A DNA stretch of 64,000 nucleotides from an uncultured Planctomycetales bacterium (GTDB taxonomy: Bacteria; Planctomycetota; Planctomycetia; Pirellulales; JAEUIK01), in assembly GCA_938003525.1 (NCBI GenBank), contig CALKYM010000053.1:882-64881 (forward strand). The letters run 5' to 3'. Below, piece by piece: positions 59,323 to 64,000 of the stretch (within the stretch, counting starts at the first letter, position 1; the number at the start of each line of letters is the position of its first letter). A program made the position numbers and the translations under genes. Below the pieces are notes generated by a model. It did not search any database. It worked only from the letters and a program-made list of their open reading frames with translations, and was not told the origin of the DNA.

Positions 59323-60702
59323 ATGAGCTACGACCCGCGCGAGACGATTGTCGCACCGGCGACGGCCCCTGGCGGCGCGGCCGAAGCCATTGTTCGCATC
59401 AGCGGCCCCGATCCTTGGGCGGCCATCGAAGCGGTCTTTCGCTCGGACGTCGACTCCCCCACCGAACTCGAGTCCGCTAGGGTTCTCACGGGCCGCCTCG
59501 CAACAGGGTTCTCCCAGCCGATTCCCTGCCAAGCCTACGTCTGGCCCACGTTGCGGAGTTTCACGCGTCAGCCGACGGTCGAATTGCATCTGCCCGGCTC
59601 ACCGCCGCTGGTGGCAGCGACCGTCGAGGCGCTCTGTCAGGCGGGCGCCCGCCTGGCGGAGCCGGGCGAGTTCACGCTGCGGGCCTTTCTCGCCGGCCGC
59701 ATCGATCTGCCGCAGGCTGAAGCGGTGCTCGGCGTGATCGATGCTCCCGATTCAGAACGACTGCAGACCGCGCTTGCGCAGCTCGCCGGTGGACTCTCGC
59801 AACCATTGGGACAACTGCGCGAGCGGCTTCTCAATCTGCTGGCCGAACTCGAGGCGGGTCTCGACTTCGCCGACGAAGACATCGAGTTCGTCTCGCCCAA
59901 ACACCTCGTGAGCGAACTGACCGCCGCATACCAACTCGTCACTGACACCGCAGAGCAAATGGCGACGCGCACCGCAGCTCCGGACGGCGCACGGGTCGTC
60001 CTCACCGGCTGGCCGAATGTCGGCAAGAGCCGCCTGTTCAATGCCTTGGCCGGCCGCGAGCAAGCGATCGTCTCTCAAGTACCAGGCACGACCCGCGACT
60101 ATCTGGTTGCCGAAATCACGATCGGTGGCGTGACGTGCGAACTGACCGACACGGCTGGATGGGAACCTGATAGCAAATCGCACGAACGACGAGACGTCGA
60201 AATCTCAAACGCCGCGCAAGGCCAAACGCAGCAACAATCGTCGATCGCCGATGTGCGGCTCGTCTGCATCGATGGCTCGCGCATGCTGCTGCCCGCCGAG
60301 CGAGTGTGGCTGGAGTCAATCACTGAAGGAGAAGCGGTCTACGTCCGCACCAAGTGCGATCTGCCCGATCAGACGGACTTCTACGCCGCGGCCATCGCAG
60401 TCAGCAGCGTCACCGGCACGGGGCTGGACGCCTTACGCAGCGCACTGGCTGATGTACTGTCGTCCCGCCAATCGACCACCGCGAATTGCGTGGCCACTAC
60501 CGCCGCCCGCTCGCGCACGGCCCTGCGCCACGCGAGTGAATGTCTGGCCCGCGCTATTGAACTGACCGAGCAAGGCGGCAGCGAAGAGCTCATCGCCTCC
60601 GAACTCCGCGTCGTTCTGGACTCCCTTGGACAAGTCCTCGGGGCAATCTACACCGACGACGTCCTCGACCGCATCTTCAGCCGGTTTTGTATTGGGAAGT
60701 GA
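59323..60702 (+). CDS. mnmE: tRNA uridine-5-carboxymethylaminomethyl modification GTPase MnmE
   Basis: 459-aa ORF with ATG at 59323. TIVAPATAPGGAAEAIVRISG is at the N-terminus. G1 is GWPNVGKSRLFNAL and G3 is DTAGW. The C-terminus has the FCIGK motif. Confidence 0.9.
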   Translation: MSYDPRETIVAPATAPGGAAEAIVRISGPDPWAAIEAVFRSDVDSPTELESARVLTGRLATGFSQPIPCQAYVWPTLRSFTRQPTVELHLPGSPPLVAATVEALCQAGARLAEPGEFTLRAFLAGRIDLPQAEAVLGVIDAPDSERLQTALAQLAGGLSQPLGQLRERLLNLLAELEAGLDFADEDIEFVSPKHLVSELTAAYQLVTDTAEQMATRTAAPDGARVVLTGWPNVGKSRLFNALAGREQAIVSQVPGTTRDYLVAEITIGGVTCELTDTAGWEPDSKSHERRDVEISNAAQGQTQQQSSIADVRLVCIDGSRMLLPAERVWLESITEGEAVYVRTKCDLPDQTDFYAAAIAVSSVTGTGLDALRSALADVLSSRQSTTANCVATTAARSRTALRHASECLARAIELTEQGGSEELIASELRVVLDSLGQVLGAIYTDDVLDRIFSRFCIGK

Positions 60703-60734
60703 TGCGGCAATGGCTTTGATAGATTCGATTGCCA

Positions 60735-62078
60735 CTACAACCGCGCGACCACATCCGCCGCCAGTTGGCACAGCCTGTCAGCGTCCTCCTCGGTCGCAGC
60801 TTCGGCCACCGCGCGGACGATGGGTTCGGTGTTGCTGGCGCGGACCAACAGCCACTTGCCGGGCCAGTCGATGCGGAGGCCGTCCAGGCGATCATGCTGG
60901 GCGTCGGATGTTTCCTTTTCGAGCGCGTCTAAGGCAGCCGCCACTTGTTCGGGCGGTAGTTGAATCTTCGTCTTCGCAATCGCGTAACTGGGCAACTCGG
61001 CCGCCAGCGCGCTGATGGACATCTCGCGTGCTGCCATCGCGTCGAGCACCAGCGCCATGCCGACGAAACTGTCGCGCACAAGGCCAACGCGTGGATCAAT
61101 CGGGCCACCGTTGCCCTCGCCGCCGAAGACGGCATCGTGAGCGAGCATCGTATCGACGACGTTCGCCTCGCCCACGGCTGAGCGATACAGCGGCACGCCG
61201 TACTTCTGGGCCAGATCCTCGGACATGCGGCTCGTCGAGCAGTTCGTCACAACCGGCCCCGGGCGCGAGCGCAACACGTGATCGACGCACAGAGCCAGCG
61301 TGTACTCCTCGCCCAAGTACTTGCCGTTCTCATCGACGATCGCCAGCCGGTCGGCATCGGGATCTTGGCAGAAGCCGACATCTGCACCGGCTTCCACGAC
61401 TCTTTGTAGCACCGTGGCGAGATTCTCGGCCGTGGGCTCGGGTGGGTGCGCGAACTGCCCGTCCGGTTGATCGCCAACGAACGTCACGTCGCAGCCTAAA
61501 TCCGACAGCAACTGGCTACCAAGCAAGCTGCCGGCCCCATGATTGGAGTCGAGCAACACCTTGAATCGTCGCTGCCGAATCCGCTTCACGTCCACCGTTT
61601 GCAGCACCAACTCGGCGTGTGCGTCGTGTGCATCGTCAACCTTCTGCCGCCAGCCGAGTTGTTTGTACGGCACCCAGGCCGGCTCGCCCAAGCGGTACCG
61701 CTCGATGACCTCCTGCCCCGCGGCGGCCGTGATCACCCGGCCCTCCGCTCCGAAGAGCTTGAGCCCGTTGTACTCCGGCGGGTTGTGGCTGGCAGAGATC
61801 TGCACACCGCCTGCGGCCTTTCGGGTCCGCACCAAGACGCCCGTCGTGGGCGTGGCTGTCACGTCCGCATCCAAACAGTCGCGGCCCGTGGCACGGAGGG
61901 CGGATGTCACCGCATCGGCGATCATCGTTCCCGTCGCTCGGCCATCGCGGGTGATGATGAATGGTCCCGGCGGCGAAACGGCCGAAAACGCGGCCGCATA
62001 GCGACCGGCGATCTCCGGCGTGAGACTCTCGCCCACCACCCCTCGCAGACCGGAAACGCTGATGATCGGTTCGGACAC
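60735..62078 (-). CDS. phosphohexomutase (phosphoglucosamine mutase / phosphomannomutase family, glmM-like)
   Basis: 447-aa ORF. GTG at 62078 lies 6 nt after AAGGAG. The phosphoserine loop is ISASHNPPEYNGLK, the metal loop is CQDPDADRLA, and GGEGNGG is present. Confidence 0.8.
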   Translation of the reverse strand: MSEPIISVSGLRGVVGESLTPEIAGRYAAAFSAVSPPGPFIITRDGRATGTMIADAVTSALRATGRDCLDADVTATPTTGVLVRTRKAAGGVQISASHNPPEYNGLKLFGAEGRVITAAAGQEVIERYRLGEPAWVPYKQLGWRQKVDDAHDAHAELVLQTVDVKRIRQRRFKVLLDSNHGAGSLLGSQLLSDLGCDVTFVGDQPDGQFAHPPEPTAENLATVLQRVVEAGADVGFCQDPDADRLAIVDENGKYLGEEYTLALCVDHVLRSRPGPVVTNCSTSRMSEDLAQKYGVPLYRSAVGEANVVDTMLAHDAVFGGEGNGGPIDPRVGLVRDSFVGMALVLDAMAAREMSISALAAELPSYAIAKTKIQLPPEQVAAALDALEKETSDAQHDRLDGLRIDWPGKWLLVRASNTEPIVRAVAEAATEEDADRLCQLAADVVARL

Positions 62079-62410
62079 GCGTCACTCCTTCGATTCCCGC
62101 AGCTTCGCAGGCCAGCGCAGATGAGTCTATCGCCGCCGTAGCAAGACCAATGCCGACGGGAAACTCGATCCGACGACTGAGGTTCTCCTCCGCACGCTGC
62201 CCACCAGCACCGAACGAGCGCCCTCGTGCCGACTTACGCAAGGGCGGTCAAACCACGCTCCCTGCAATCCGGCAGGGGCCTCTAGGTACAAGCTGGGCCG
62301 TTCGGTCATAATTCCCCGTTTTGATCGATCGTCGCCGCTGCGACACTTCGCCGGACGAGTGCATCGCCCTGCGTCGCAACTGTTTATCACAAACCAAGGT
62401 GATCTGCTCT

Positions 62411-64000
62411 ATGGATGCCACTGAAGCCCTGCAGCGCGTCGAGCAGGCGGCCGCCGATGGCGCGATCAGCGATACCGCCGCCAGCAACCTCCGCGTCTGG
62501 CTCAGCGAAGCGCGCTACGAGGAATACGCCCCGCTGGTGGCCGATCACGTGGCCGCCCAACGTTGGAAAGATCTGGACGACGTCTTCTACACGGTGATCC
62601 CGTTCGGCACCGGCGGCCGTCGGGGCAAAATGTACCCGATCGGCTCGAACGCCATCAACGATCGCACGATCGGGGAGAGCGCGCAAGGTCTGGCCGATTA
62701 TGTTCGCGCGCAGCACACTGGCAACGATCCGCCCGCCTGCGCGATTGCCTACGATACGCGACACCGTTCGCGGCATTTCGCTGAGTTGTGCAGCGAAGTG
62801 ATGGTGGCCGCCGGCTTTCAGGTTTACTTTCTCGACGGATACCGCAGCACGCCGGAACTCTCGTTCTTGGTCCGACACAAACAGTGCGCCTGCGGCATCA
62901 TGATCACCGCCAGCCACAATCCGCCCAGCGACAACGCGGTCAAGGTCTACTGGTCGACCGGCGGCCAATTGCTGCCTCCCCACGACCGCGGCGTGATCGA
63001 TCGCGTGATGTCGGTCGAAACCATCGAGCGAGCCTCGTTTCGCGACGCTGTGCGTGAAGGTCGCATCGAGTTTTGCCAGGAAGAGGTCGACGCGGCCTTC
63101 ATCCAAGCCGTCACTTCGCAGGCATTCCCGGGTCCGCGCGATCTGAAGATCCTCTACTCGCCCATGCACGGCGTCGGCGCCGTATCGATCGTCCCCGCAT
63201 TGGAGGCAATCGGCTTCCAGCACGTCGAGGTCTTCGGCCCGCACGCCGAGCCTGATGGGGACTTTCCCAATGTGCCCGGCAACGTGGCGAATCCCGAGAA
63301 TCCCGCCACGTTCGATGCTCTGATCGAGCGGGCTGAAGCCTCGGGTGCGGAACTGATTCTCTCGACCGATCCCGACACCGACCGCCTGGGGTGCGCCGCG
63401 CGGACGACATCCGACGGTCCGTGGCGGACCTTTACCGGCAATCAGATCGCGGCGCTGCTGACCGACTATGTTCTGGCACAACGACAGGCGGCGGGCACAC
63501 TGTCCAGCGACCACTACGTCATCAAGACGCTCGTCACCACCGAGCTCGTGCGCCGGATCTGCGAACAATACGACGTGCGATGCGTGGGCGACGTACACGT
63601 GGGGTTCAAGTGGATCGGCGGATTGATCGACGAGCTCGGACCCGAGCGGTTCGCGCTGGGCACCGAAGAATCGCACGGCTACCTGGCCGGCACACATGCG
63701 CGCGACAAGGATGCGGTCGTCGCCGCCGTGCTGCTCGCTTCGCTGGCCGCGCAGATCAAAGCCCAGGGACAAACCCTGCACGAAAAGCTCGACGCCTTGT
63801 TCTGGCAGTACGGTTGTCACCTGGAACGTCTAGTGACGCACGCCATGCCCGGCGCCGAGGGCATGCAGCAGATGCAGGAGCTCATGCGCCGCCTTCGCGA
63901 CGAGCCGCCGAGTCACCTGGGATCCCACCAGGTGGCCTGCGTGCGCGACTACGAGCGACTCGAGCGGCGGATGCCCGACGGCTCGCGAAGCGATCTCCAC
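62411..64000 (+). CDS. alpha-D-phosphohexomutase-family phospho-sugar mutase (PgcA/Pgm-like), truncated by the right window edge
   Basis: Not in the ORF track because it is open-ended. Manual translation from ATG 62411 gives MDATEALQRVEQAAADGAISDTAASNLRVWLSEARYEEY...FGTGGRRGKMYPIGSNAIND. It contains IMITASHNPPSDNAVKVYW, STDPDTDRLG and GTEESHGYL. The 477-aa ORF on the opposite strand (62387..63820) is its antisense shadow. Confidence 0.8.
   Translation, partial: MDATEALQRVEQAAADGAISDTAASNLRVWLSEARYEEYAPLVADHVAAQRWKDLDDVFYTVIPFGTGGRRGKMYPIGSNAINDRTIGESAQGLADYVRAQHTGNDPPACAIAYDTRHRSRHFAELCSEVMVAAGFQVYFLDGYRSTPELSFLVRHKQCACGIMITASHNPPSDNAVKVYWSTGGQLLPPHDRGVIDRVMSVETIERASFRDAVREGRIEFCQEEVDAAFIQAVTSQAFPGPRDLKILYSPMHGVGAVSIVPALEAIGFQHVEVFGPHAEPDGDFPNVPGNVANPENPATFDALIERAEASGAELILSTDPDTDRLGCAARTTSDGPWRTFTGNQIAALLTDYVLAQRQAAGTLSSDHYVIKTLVTTELVRRICEQYDVRCVGDVHVGFKWIGGLIDELGPERFALGTEESHGYLAGTHARDKDAVVAAVLLASLAAQIKAQGQTLHEKLDALFWQYGCHLERLVTHAMPGAEGMQQMQELMRRLRDEPPSHLGSHQVACVRDYERLERRMPDGSRSDLH

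Noticed and set aside
62387-63820. 477-aa minus-strand ORF covering the right end of the window
   Set aside because: The plus strand in the same interval encodes an unmistakable phosphohexomutase (TASHNPPSDNAVK, DPDTDRLG, GTEESHGYL) that is missing from the track only because it runs off the window. The minus-strand ORF is its shadow.

Overview
This is a GC-rich chromosomal segment (about two-thirds G+C by eye, not computed) with dense coding on both strands. The gene content points to a member of the Planctomycetota. That is an inference from family distribution, not a database hit. It rests on a DUF1549/DUF1553 + DUF1501 pair, a second DUF1501 gene, many Sec/Tat-signal enzymes, FG-GAP and BNR proteins, and a PVM-type microcompartment operon. 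I can support 55 protein-coding genes (two cut by the window edges), one REP-like inverted repeat, one hairpin terminator candidate and one promoter/operator candidate. I recognised no rRNA, tRNA, CRISPR array, transposase, integrase or prophage genes. The centrepiece is a ~10 kb minus-strand operon (38.4-48.5 kb) for a bacterial microcompartment (BMC). Its order is DeoR regulator, PduL, 2 BMC-H, acetate kinase, 3 BMC-P, CoA-acylating aldehyde dehydrogenase, class II aldolase and LDH/MDH-family dehydrogenase. It also contains two genes I cannot place in the known fucose/rhamnose BMC pathway: a degenerate RpiB-like protein with a targeting-peptide-like helix, and a class I aldolase-like protein with a CGC-x8-CGC tail. 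The right third (49.9-64 kb) is housekeeping: purN, ileS, purine nucleoside phosphorylase, yidC, mnmE and two phosphohexomutases. Other points worth a second look:
- a PDZ-like insertion in YidC
- a TPR protein with a CHAT-like domain lacking the catalytic dyad
- a nucleotidyltransferase-HD fusion
- an orphan PD-(D/E)xK nuclease in a lower-GC patch
- a hyper-acidic small protein coupled to the phosphorylase gene
- a 570-bp gene-free, hairpin-rich interval
Many of the longest ORFs in the six-frame track are antisense shadows of real genes, as expected at high GC, and were discarded.
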